A stretch of DNA of 64,000 bases. Origin: an uncultured cyanobacterium (lineage in GTDB: Bacteria > Cyanobacteriota > Cyanobacteriia > Cyanobacteriales > CAWCAG01). The stretch spans positions 224,001 to 288,000 of the forward strand of contig CAWCAG010000007.1 in the NCBI GenBank assembly GCA_963793425.1, read 5' to 3'. Made by a program: the position numbers and the translations under genes. Below, piece after piece: positions 19,093 to 29,900 of the stretch. Numbering within the stretch: position 1 is the stretch's first letter; every line of letters starts with the position of its first letter. The notes under the pieces are model-generated. The model searched no databases. It saw only the letters and a program-made list of their open reading frames with translations, and had not been told where the DNA came from.

Positions 19093-20412
19093 ATGAAGGC
19101 GATCCCAACTGAATTGGCAACTTTGCTCCCAGCTAACCCAAACTTAGATATAGTTGCTTGGGAGGATCTTGAAGTATCATTTCAAGAAAAAATTGCCTCG
19201 GCGATCGCCACTTCTCATTTGCCAAGTTGTGCTGTTTTTCCCCATAGCCAAGAAGCTTTAGGAGAAGTTGTTAAAATTGTCCATAAAAAAAGCTGGCAGG
19301 TTTTAGTTATTGGTAGCGGCAGCAAAGTTAGTTGGGGGGGATTGGTTAAGAAAGCAGATTTAGTGATAAGTACCCAAAAACTATCTCGCCTCATTGATCA
19401 TGCAGTGGGAGATTTGACTGTTACCTTAGAAGCAGGAATGCCATTGGCACAGGTGCAAGAGATCCTCCATAAAGAAAGGCAATTTCTGCCTATTGATCCT
19501 GCTTACCCCCAAAGTGCAACCATCGGCGGCATCATCGCTACAGCAGATACCGGAAGTTGGCGACAGCGTTACGGCGGCATTAGGGATATGGTTTTAGGAA
19601 TTTCTTTTGTTCGGGCAGATGGGGAAATCGCCAAAGCTGGGGGGAGAGTGGTTAAGAATGTGGCAGGATACGATTTAATGAAACTGTTAACTGGCTCTTT
19701 TGGTACTTTAGGGGTTATTTCTCAAGTTACCCTACGCACCTATCCTTTACTCCAAGATTCTCAGACAATGTTTTTAAGCGGGGAAGAAAAGGCTATTGCT
19801 ATGACAGTGCAAACTCTCCTCAACTCAGCCTTGACACCTACAGCGGCTGATTTGCTTTCTCCTGGAGTTGTCAAAACTTTGGTTTCCCAGAAAGGTTTTG
19901 GCTTAATAGTCCGTTTCCAAAGTCTTACAGCTAGCATTGAAGCACAATCTCAAAGAATAGAGGAACTTGGCAATGAGTTGGGTTTACAAGCTACTACCTA
20001 CCAAGGAGATGCAGAAAGGGAACTTTGGCAGCGATCGCATTCCCTAGTTAACAATCCCCTTTCTCCAAACTCAGTTATTAGTAAAATCGGTGTTCTTCCT
20101 TCCTCTGCCACAGCAACTCTAGCCTATTTAGATGAAGTTACTTCCGGGGAAGGATTCGGTTTAATTCATAATAGTAGCGGCATTGGCAAACTGCAACTCA
20201 ATTCAGAAAAAAGCTTTAACCAAATACAAAAGTTGCGATCGCACTGTGAACAAAATCAGGGTTTTCTTACTATTTTAGAGTCTCCTCAACAATTGAAACA
20301 AAAACTTGAACCGTGGGGTTATACAGGTAATGCTATGACAATGATGCAACGGGTTAAAAATAAGTTTGATCCCCAAAATATTTTAAGTCCCGGTCGTTTT
20401 TTGGAGTTATGA
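19093..20412 (+). CDS. glcE: FAD-binding oxidoreductase, glycolate oxidase subunit GlcE-like
   Basis: DHAVGDLTVT, ATIGGIIATADTGSWRQRYGGIRD, GGRVVKNVAGYDLMKL, FDPQNILSPGRF. Confidence 0.85.
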   Translation: MKAIPTELATLLPANPNLDIVAWEDLEVSFQEKIASAIATSHLPSCAVFPHSQEALGEVVKIVHKKSWQVLVIGSGSKVSWGGLVKKADLVISTQKLSRLIDHAVGDLTVTLEAGMPLAQVQEILHKERQFLPIDPAYPQSATIGGIIATADTGSWRQRYGGIRDMVLGISFVRADGEIAKAGGRVVKNVAGYDLMKLLTGSFGTLGVISQVTLRTYPLLQDSQTMFLSGEEKAIAMTVQTLLNSALTPTAADLLSPGVVKTLVSQKGFGLIVRFQSLTASIEAQSQRIEELGNELGLQATTYQGDAERELWQRSHSLVNNPLSPNSVISKIGVLPSSATATLAYLDEVTSGEGFGLIHNSSGIGKLQLNSEKSFNQIQKLRSHCEQNQGFLTILESPQQLKQKLEPWGYTGNAMTMMQRVKNKFDPQNILSPGRFLEL

Positions 20413-20469
20413 ATAAACAAAGAGATAAACTAATACAATAAATGTTTAATGTCTAATGTTTAATGAGTA

Positions 20470-21162
20470 ATGACAAAACTGATTGCAGACTCAATAGTTG
20501 TTTCTATACCCCCTTTGGAAAATGGCGATCGCCTCTCGATTACAGAATTTGAAAGGCGTTACCAAGCTATGCCTAATCTTAAGAAAGCTGAATTAATTGA
20601 AGGAATTGTTTACATGGCTTCTCCGGTACGTTCTCGTAGTCACGGGAAACCCCACGCTGCTGTTATGGCTTGGTTATCTAATTACTGGTTGGCAACACCG
20701 GGAACTGATTTGAATGATAATACTACAGTAATTTTGGATTTAAAAAATGAACCTCAGCCTGATGTTTTACTGCGTCTTGAAGAAGAGGTAGGTGGACAGT
20801 CTCGTATTAATAAAAATGATTATGTTGAAGGTGCGCCGGAACTGGTTGTGGAAATAGCGGCAAGTAGTTCAGCTTATGATTTACATGATAAGAAAGAAGT
20901 TTATTTACGTAGTGGTGTCAAAGAGTCTCTCGTTTGGCAAGTTAATGATCAAAAACTAGACTGGTTTAAGCTTCATGAAGGAGAATACATTGCTCTTTCG
21001 CCAGATGAAAAGGGCATCATTAAAAGCCAAGTTTTTCCCGGTTTATGGTTAACAGTCTCTTCTCTACTCCAAGGTGATTTAACTAAAGTTTTGGCAATTG
21101 CCAAAGAAGGTATAAATAGTGTCGAACATCAAGGATTTTTGCAAGGTTTGGCTAATAGCTAG
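20470..21162 (+). CDS. Uma2 family (DUF820) endonuclease-like protein
   Basis: PPLENGDRL, AELIEGIVYM, EPQPD, PELVVEIAASS, SQVFPGLWL. Confidence 0.9.
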   Translation: MTKLIADSIVVSIPPLENGDRLSITEFERRYQAMPNLKKAELIEGIVYMASPVRSRSHGKPHAAVMAWLSNYWLATPGTDLNDNTTVILDLKNEPQPDVLLRLEEEVGGQSRINKNDYVEGAPELVVEIAASSSAYDLHDKKEVYLRSGVKESLVWQVNDQKLDWFKLHEGEYIALSPDEKGIIKSQVFPGLWLTVSSLLQGDLTKVLAIAKEGINSVEHQGFLQGLANS

Positions 21163-21198
21163 TTGCTAGTTGTTTCTTTCCTAGCTCCCTGCCAACAA

Positions 21199-22164
21199 TT
21201 ACAAAGACTGTTTCTTAACCCTCTTAACCGTAGCCAAAAACTGTCCTAAGAAAGGCAAACCACCAATAGCAGGTAAGAAATAACGCGAAGTACAAAGTAA
21301 GCCCAATGCAGCACCTTTTGCTTCGCTCATGTAAGGTTGGTAAAATAAAATAATTGCTGCATCACGAGTTCCGACACCAGCGAAAGTTAGGGGTAATAAT
21401 CCTGCTAAAATTGATAAAGGTGAGAGGGCAAGATTAACTAGGAAAGGAACTTCGGCCCGGATTGCTAAAGTGAAGAAATAAATTTGTAATAGGTGCAGGA
21501 ACCAAATAAAAACTGAAGTAACGGTTATCTTCGTTAATTGCACTTTATCGCGCCAAAAATAGTCGTGCATTTCTACCCAAGATGATTGCATCTTCTCTAA
21601 TTTCGGTTTAATCTTTTTGGGAGCTATTTTAAGGGCTAAAACAAAGAAAATCTGAGCAAACTTCTGGGAAGCTAAAAGCATAACCCCTATGACCAAACCA
21701 AAAGCAACCCCAACGGTCATTAACCAAAATAAAGTATCTTTGTTAGCATAAAATAGTAAGCCAAATACACACCATAATAACAGAGAGAGCATATCACAAG
21801 CTTTCTCAAAAATCACCAAAGACAAAGCTAAACTCCCCTCTAAGTGACCTCTATCTTTCATGAAATAAGCTTTAGCAATATCCCCCATTTTAGAAGGGAG
21901 AACCATATTAAGGACGCTAGCAGCTAAAATTAAGCGGTTAGCTTCTAGAAACCCTAATCCTTTTCCCGCAGGCATTAATTGTTGCAAACGCCAAGAGGTA
22001 AATAAGGTTAAAGGAATAACCATCCCTAAACTAATAATCATCCAAACCGGATCACAGTTTTGGAAAACTGCAATTAAGCGCGGCAAGTCTATTTTTGAAT
22101 AAATAATACACAAAATAGCGACGCTAACAACTATAGAAATAAATCTCTTCTTATTCATAATCAC
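21199..22164 (-). CDS. Lysylphosphatidylglycerol-synthase-TM / UPF0104 flippase-like membrane protein
   Basis: Multi-TM protein with NMVLPSKMGDIAK, EKACD and LPLTFAGVGTRD motifs. Confidence 0.8.
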   Translation of the reverse strand: MIMNKKRFISIVVSVAILCIIYSKIDLPRLIAVFQNCDPVWMIISLGMVIPLTLFTSWRLQQLMPAGKGLGFLEANRLILAASVLNMVLPSKMGDIAKAYFMKDRGHLEGSLALSLVIFEKACDMLSLLLWCVFGLLFYANKDTLFWLMTVGVAFGLVIGVMLLASQKFAQIFFVLALKIAPKKIKPKLEKMQSSWVEMHDYFWRDKVQLTKITVTSVFIWFLHLLQIYFFTLAIRAEVPFLVNLALSPLSILAGLLPLTFAGVGTRDAAIILFYQPYMSEAKGAALGLLCTSRYFLPAIGGLPFLGQFLATVKRVKKQSL

Positions 22165-22189
22165 CCATTACCTATTACCTATTACCTAA

Positions 22190-23779
22190 TCAAATATCTC
22201 GCTCAACTTTTAACTTTTGCCCAACAGAAAGCTGTTTCACTTCCTTAGTAAAGTCTTGCCAAGGTTGGAGTTGCCCAGCCTGGTAGGTACGACTCATAAC
22301 CACATAAATAGAAGTTTGATCACCACCAATCGCTATACTTTCTACCTTGTCCCAAGATTCTCCACTAAGCTCATCTATAACCTGCCAATAACTATTTTGC
22401 CAGCGTAGTTTCCGAGAAAAATGGTAAGGGGCGCTTTTTTTGCCGGTAATCAGAACTTTTTGTAAGAGTTTACGGATTAAATTAGGAAAGAAACGCCCAA
22501 CAGTTAACATAACTACTCGCAAAATCATTAAATTAAGGGGAGTCATTTGCTTTTGTTTCGCCCAACCTAAATCCCCTTGAATAAAGATATCATCGGGTTC
22601 AATTTTAGTATCATAAGAACCTACCAAATGAGCAACAGCATTTTTTAACTTGCCACCTTGATTAACTAATAAAGAAAATTGAGTATCTGAAGCAACTAAT
22701 TTACCATTACGAAAAAACTTAAATACTCCTCCTTTATTCAAAGCTAAATAAAGTTCTGTACCTCGACGGCGATCAATCAAAATTTTAGCATTAGGATACC
22801 AAACTCTACCTTCTTTTCTAGGTTTTAGGGCTGGACGTTCAGGAACAAAATCTTGCCAAGCCAGGAGATAATTCCAAGTATGATGACCAATAATATGATC
22901 ATCTGCATAACAAGAAGCTAAACCTTTAGCTAAACCTTGCAAAAATTGATCATTAATAGTTAAAGCTGACCGATACCATTTCCCCACCAATTCAAAACCA
23001 TGGGGAAAGAAATTGTAGGTATTACGACTAGTATATTCTCCTCCATAGGAACCATCAGGATGAATAAATTGAGCTGCTAAATCCACTGCTTTAATTAAAG
23101 CTTCTTTCAAGCGAGGATCGGGACGTAGCTGGTAAATTCTAGCTAAACAAGAAATAGTTAAAGTATGATAACCAGGATCACACCCTTCATATTCTTGGAA
23201 CCAACCTTCAGAATTTTGCCAAGATAAAACTTTCTCTAAACGTTCTACCTTTGCCCTATCCCACTTGGCAGTATTTAAAAGAGGAGAAAGCAACTCTAAA
23301 CATAATACAATTAAAGCTTGGTGATTAGTTAATCTACCACTTTCATTATGGTGTGCCAACCAATCAGCCCGAAGTTCAAAAAACGCTAAAGCTTGTTCAT
23401 TTTTTAACCCTAATAATTGATAACTTTCCAGACAAGCTAACAAAGAAAAAGCGGCCGCACCCCCCGCTCTTTCAAAAGGAAAATAATCATCACAAGAGCC
23501 ATCAGGATGACTACTTTTAGCTGCATAAAGAATGCCAGCTTCTACCCAAGCGGCGATCGCAGCTTCATTAAAAAAAGGATTATCATCTAAATGGGTATGA
23601 TAAGCCAAAGCGAGGGGCCAAACAAACTCTTGGGACATCCCACTAGGAAAGTCAATGATTTTATATTGCCAGAAATTGCGATCAAAGCAACCATAGGTAG
23701 GGCTGTGGCAATTGCGATCCATCAAAGTAAGGATTTTGGGAATTTGGACGATCGCTTCGCGGGCAAATAAGTCTTTCAT
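22190..23779 (-). CDS. Hypothetical protein, probable alpha/alpha-barrel (lyase/heparinase-like) N-terminal domain
   Basis: Long ORF co-directional with the flippase-like gene; motifs PDGSCDDYFP, LTNH, QNSEGWFQEYEGCDPGY, HPDGSYGGEY. Confidence 0.6.
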   Translation of the reverse strand: MKDLFAREAIVQIPKILTLMDRNCHSPTYGCFDRNFWQYKIIDFPSGMSQEFVWPLALAYHTHLDDNPFFNEAAIAAWVEAGILYAAKSSHPDGSCDDYFPFERAGGAAAFSLLACLESYQLLGLKNEQALAFFELRADWLAHHNESGRLTNHQALIVLCLELLSPLLNTAKWDRAKVERLEKVLSWQNSEGWFQEYEGCDPGYHTLTISCLARIYQLRPDPRLKEALIKAVDLAAQFIHPDGSYGGEYTSRNTYNFFPHGFELVGKWYRSALTINDQFLQGLAKGLASCYADDHIIGHHTWNYLLAWQDFVPERPALKPRKEGRVWYPNAKILIDRRRGTELYLALNKGGVFKFFRNGKLVASDTQFSLLVNQGGKLKNAVAHLVGSYDTKIEPDDIFIQGDLGWAKQKQMTPLNLMILRVVMLTVGRFFPNLIRKLLQKVLITGKKSAPYHFSRKLRWQNSYWQVIDELSGESWDKVESIAIGGDQTSIYVVMSRTYQAGQLQPWQDFTKEVKQLSVGQKLKVERDI

Positions 23780-23865
23780 AAATCAAAAAGAAGGTTTATC
23801 AGTTTGAACAGTTATAGTTTAGTTTTTTAAGAATGGGCAAGTCTAATCCTCTGCTTAAGAAAAGT

Positions 23866-23905
23866 AGTCTCCCAGTCTCCCAGTCTCCCAGTCTCCCAGT
23901 CTCCC
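23866..23905. repeat. Short tandem repeat (AGTCTCCC)x5
   Basis: Five exact 8-mer copies in an intergenic region. Confidence 0.9.
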
Positions 23906-23948
23906 AGTTTCCACGTTTATAATTCCCCAATATTGCCCAACAATAATT

Positions 23949-26900
23949 TTAAGGAATATGTAAACTTAGAAATGCCTGTATTTTCTTACTGTCAAATTTA
24001 TCAGCCCATGCCTGTATTTTCTGGCAAAAAGGAGTGAATTGTTCATGGCTAGCGACAATTAAATCAAGTTCTTCTTTCATATCAAATAAAAGTCCGCTTC
24101 TAACCAGATTATCCAGTTTTTCTAAAACTTCTCGTTCAGGAATTGCCATTTCTGTAGTAACATCTCCAGATGCTACTGCTGTCTCTGTTGCTTCTTGTTG
24201 ATAAACCCATTCTAATTGTAAGTAACTTGCTATTTTGGTTAGTAAATCATCAATTACCAAAGGTTTAGGCAAAAAATCTGTTGCACCTTGTTCCTCACTT
24301 TCGCTGCGATCGCTCATCATCGCACTAGCGGATAAAGCAATAATCGGTAGCTGTTGAAATTGCTGGTTGTTTCTTAACTGGTGAATCATTTCCCAACCAT
24401 CCATCACTGGCATTTTGATGTCGCTGATCAATAAATCCGGAGTTTCTTGCAGGGCTGTTTCCAATCCCTGTTGCCCATTTTCAGCAGTGAGTACTTCAAA
24501 GTTGAGTGATTTCAAGACATTGCTGATAATGTCGAGGGCTTCCTGGTAATCATCAACAATGAGAATTTTGCGACTTCTACCCTTATATCCGGTAATTGCT
24601 CTCTGGGTGGTTTTGATTACTTGTCTATTCTCTAACCAACAAGCAGGCAGAGATACCTCAAACCAAAATGTACTTCCTTCCCCTAATTTACTATTTACCT
24701 TAATCTCCGTATTCATTATGCTCACTAACTTTTGAGAAATCGCTAGCCCTAACCCTGTACCTTCTTGGTTTTGGCTATTTTCTCCTACTTGTTCAAAGGC
24801 GAGGAAGATTTTGTCTAGTTGTTCTGCACTCATTCCTACTCCTGTGTCTTGCACCTGGAACCTTAGAGTGGTAGAAGAGAGTTGTGTAGGATCTTCTCCT
24901 TCTTGGGCTAAAACTGCCACAGAAAATGCTACCTCTCCCCTGGAAGTGAATTTAATAGCATTACCAAGGAGATTGATCAGTATTTGACGCAGCCGCTTTT
25001 CGTCACTATAGATAATACTAGGAATTGGTTGAAGTTCTTGGTAGATAAAATCAATACCTTTTTCTTGTGCTTTGATGCGGCACATTTCCACAACGGTATT
25101 TAAGAAAATGGAGAAATTAACTTCTCTGGGCTGCAACTCCATTTTCTCGGCTTCAATTTTACTCAAGTCGAGGATATCGTTAATTAAGTCAAGGAGATGG
25201 TTGCCGCATCGATGGATTGTTTGAATCCCCTTGAGTTGTTTACCTTGCAGGCTTTTTTCTTTTTGGAAGATTTGAGTATAACCAAGGATACCATTGAGGG
25301 GAGTACGTAGTTCATGGCTCATGCTAGCAAGAAAAGCGCTCTTAGCTCGGTTGGCTGCATCTGCTTGTTCCTTGGCTACTTGCAGCTCCGACACTTTGGT
25401 TTCTAAAGCTTGGTTGAGTCGCTCTAGTGATGTTTGTGAGCGCTGGCGTTCCAACTCAGCAGCAGCACGAGCAGCAAAGACACGGAGGACTTGCTCTGCC
25501 TTTTGGGGATCTTGAATAGCTTGCTTGTCAAAGATACACAAATTGCCAATTGATTTACCATTGGTATCTTGTAGGGCAATACCCAAATAGCTCTCTGCTT
25601 CCAGAGTCACCAAGTCTAAATCTTCAGGAAATTGTTCCTGTACGGAGCTGTTGCAATAAAAGATTTTATCTCGCAATGCCAGTTCACAGGGGGCTTTGGC
25701 AAAAGGGTAATAAAAAGAAGGTTGCAAAGAGCCATTTCCCCAAAATGCCAAAACGTGAAGATTCTCACCAGTCAATTCAGTTACCATAGCGTAGTCAACA
25801 TTTAAAGCTTTGGCAATATGCTTAACTAAGGCAGGGAAAAAGTCTTGCCCCGTAGTAGCTGCAGTTCCTTCAATTAAGTTTTGCAAACCTATTTCTGCTC
25901 GTTTGCGATCGCTAATATCGAGGGCTGTACCAAATAACCGCGTCACCTGTCCTTGTTCATTGCGCTCAACTTCTCCACGACATTCGTGGTAGCGGATTGA
26001 ACCATCAGGCTGCTTAATTCTGTAGTCAGTGGTGTAGGGAATTCCATTTTCAATACCACCTTCTATACATTGTTGTAGAAGTCTTTGTTCCTCTTGGGTG
26101 TGGCACATCTGGATATAGTCTTGGTAAGAAAGTTCTAATCGGTTTGAACTTAGACCATACATACGGAACAGTTCTTGAGAGCAGGTGATTGTTTTGCTCT
26201 GAACATCAATTTCCCAACTACCAATGTGTGCAACCTCCTGAGCCTCTAGCAAAGCGCCTTGACTTCTGCGGAGTTGCTCTTCGGCTTGTTGCCGTTCAAT
26301 AGCAATGCCAGCTAAGTAGCTCATCTGCCTAATAACTTCTATTTCTTGTGCTTCTGGGGATCGCACTTCTCGGTGATAGATGGCAAATGTACCTAAAACC
26401 CGACCATCGCTGGCAGTAATGGGGCCAGACCAACAGGCTTGTAAGCCATAACCCAAGGCTAAGTCTTTAAAGTCTTGCCAGAGGGGATCAGTAGCAATAT
26501 CAGCAACAATAACCATTTGATTGCGAAAAGCTGCTGTACCACAAGAGCCTATCCCTTCACCGATCAATATACCATCAATTGCCTGGTTATAAGCTAAGGG
26601 TAGACTGGGGGCAGCCCCAAGGCGTAGTTGATTTTCCTGCTTCAATAGCAATACGGAGCAGATGCAACCATCTAGTCTTGTTTCTACTTTCTCAATTAGT
26701 GTATTGAGAATTTCTGATAATGGCTCGTCCTTAGCAATTTTTGCCAGCAGTTCATTTTGGGCCTCTAGCTGAAGTTGGCTCAGTTTGCGCTTGCTAATGT
26801 CTGTATGAGTACCCAGCATCCTAGTTGGTTTTCCCTTTGCATCCCACTCAATAAATTTTCCCACCGCGAGAAGCCATTTCCACTCTCCTTGCTGAGTACG

Positions 26901-29900
26901 CTGGCGAAATTCAACTTTGTACTGTGAAGTTTTTCCAGTTTCATAGTCTTGATAGGCTTTACTTGCCTGTTCTTGATCATCTGGATGCAAGCGGTTACGC
27001 CAACTAGCTATATTTTCTTGGAACATTGCCGGATCGTATCCTAGCATGAGAGCGTATTCTGGGCTAACGATAGCTTCGTCTGTACGCAGATCCACATCGA
27101 AAAACCCTTGATTAGTTGCACTCAAGGCTAAACGTAGGCGAGTTTCTCTTTCTTTGAGGGCAGCAGTGCGTTCTGTAACTTTAGCTTCAAGAGTTTGGGA
27201 GTAGTCTGCTAATTGTTGGTTGGCTTGTTCTAATTCCCTATTGAGTTGAGCCAATTGAGTTGAATGTTGTTCCCGTTCTATTTCAGCCTTTTTGCGATCG
27301 CTAATATCCGCAGCAATACCAACGGTTCCTCCGAATTCACCTTGGGGGTTTCTAAAAGGCGTTTTGATTGTTTCCAGCCATCCCACTTCACCATTAGGTT
27401 GGAGGAACTGTTCTTCAACTACTTTGCGTTTACCTGATGCCAGGACTTGGAAATCATCATCACGGAATTCCTTCGCCATTTCTGCGGGCAAAAATCATAA
27501 TCTGTTTTACCGATAATCTCAGATGCTGGATAACCGCAAGCCTCGGCAAAGGGAGTATTAACAGCAATAAAACGGCTTTCTGTATCTTTCAACCAAGCCA
27601 TTTGGGGGATGTTGTTTAACAGTGCCTCTAGGTGAGTCTGGTTTTGTTTGAGTGCATCCTCGATTTGTTTGCGATCGCTAATGTTCCGTACTCGCGCAAA
27701 GTTATATTCTTGTCCTTCAAATTCTAGGTAATTAGCAGTAATTTCAACAGGATAAAGATGTCCATTCTTAGCTTGATGGCGAGTCTCAAAGGTAACACTA
27801 CCTTGTACTTTGATAGCTTGCCAATGTTCTACCCATTGTTCCCTAGAGAAACCAAGGCTAATGTCAAAGGCAGAAGATGTACTCAGTTCCTCTGATGAAT
27901 ACCCTAGCATTGTACAAGCTGCTTTGTTGACATAAAAGAAACTTGCATCTGGACAAATCCAGAAAATTCCATCTGCGGCATTGTCTACTGAAAACTGAGT
28001 GAAGGAGAGACGGCGATTAAGCTGACTCAACTGCTGAGTTTTTAATTTCTCAAGGTTGTAGAGTCGGGCATTTTCCAAAGAAATTGCGGCTTGGGTGCAA
28101 AGGAAATTGAGGATAAGGATGCGATCTTCTGTGAAGACACCACTAGTCTCTCGGTTTTTCAAGTAAAGAATTCCAATTAAATGTCCCTGATTAAGGATTG
28201 GCAGGCAAAGAACACTTTTGGGTTGTCGTTGATTGAGATACTCATCAAGAACAGGTAAATCAGTTTGGCAATTATCAATTACTACAACTTCTTGGGTATT
28301 TTTGACATACTGAATTAACTTCAAAGGGAGGTTGATATTGCCTTCAAGGGGATCTGAACATAGTTCTGTGGTTTCTGGGGTAGCTATGGTTCGCACCTGC
28401 CAACTTCCCTCGCTATCAGGAAGTATCAAAGCACAGCGATCGCCCCCAGAGTGTTGCAAAATAATTTGAGTAAGTTGGTGCAGTAACTCATCTAGTTGAA
28501 TAGTTCCTGAAAGGCTTTGAGATGCTTTGAGGACAGTTGCGAAATCTAGGGCTGTATTAAGATTGGTGCGAGGGGATGAACTACTTGTCTGAGAATTATG
28601 AAGCGAGACTTGGGGAGAGACGAGGGTTAAAGTTTCTAGTGGATTGAGAGTTTGTGCGGCCTGTTTTAAAATAGGTTGCAGTAATTGAGGGTATTTACTT
28701 TCGAGGTGGTCAGTTTTAGCTTTTGCCCCCCAGCGCACGTAGCAGTAGTAAGCTTTGGTGAGATAAGCTTTGGCAATGGTTTCCTTATCCCAATCGAGAT
28801 AAAACTTCGCAGCGAGTTCGTTAGCAAGGGCTTCTTCTTGGAGATATTCATTAGCTTTTGCCCCAGCGATAGCTTTGTCATATAGTTCAATAGCTTCTAC
28901 TTTATGTCCTAAAACTCGATTTTTCTCGGCTTCAACTAAGTCAAATTTATGTTGGAAATTAACAGAGGCATAATCAGCCCATTGTTTGAGTTTGTCTAAA
29001 TTCTCTAACACTTGGGTAGGAATAGAGCCTTGCCGGGAAAATTCATCTCCTTTGAGAGCAAATTGAATCAGTGAATTATACCAATACAACAAAGGCACTA
29101 CCGGCTGACTAGTCACACCATTAAGAAAAGTAGCCGCTTTTTTGATATATTGATCTGCCTGGGGTAAATCTGCAAACAGGTAACACAACACCGATTTGTG
29201 TAAGGCAACTCCAAATAGTCCAAATCTATTATTGGTAGAGTGACAATTGGAGGTAAATATTTCTTCATCGCAAAACTCTCCAGCAATAATAATAGGATTG
29301 TCACTATCCCCTTGTAAGTTGGCAACAATTTGACGCAACAAATTATTATAGCTAAGGTGAACCTCTTGTTTAAGATGAAGAATGCCTTCACCATTGTGTT
29401 TGAGAGTAGCTTTTAGAGCGGATAAAATATCTCCTGACAAGTAAGCAGCTTGAGACTCGTAAAGACAAGCTAAAGCCGCAGGCTCAAAGTTCCCCGACTC
29501 TAGCCCGGTTTGATAGGCTGATCTTAATAATGATCTTCCCTGTCGTAGATGTTGTTGCCAGGGCAACACCAATGCACCTACCATGAGTAAAGTGCGAGTT
29601 TTTGTCTCACTATCTTCAAATTTTTCAATCAGTTTCAAAGCGAGTTGCCCAGATTTATAGCCCAATTCTATTTGTTGCAAAACTCCACACAAAGCAATAC
29701 CATAGCGGGCATAGGCACTAGCAGAGATGGCACAATTACCATAATTAATTGATAGCTGAACTTGGGTTAAGACAATGAACAGAAATAAAGGTGCTGAAGA
29801 TAAGTAAGCGGGTACAGAAATACTGTTTAAAACTCTAATGGCAGCAAGGGCTGTTGCATCCTCCATTGGGTCTAAATCTACCAGACTTTCAATACCAGCT

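Noticed and set aside
20470..21162. Uma2 (and the HNH gene at 35930) as CRISPR-associated effectors
   Set aside because: Both are widespread cyanobacterial families, are separated from the array by housekeeping genes, and lack Cas motifs.
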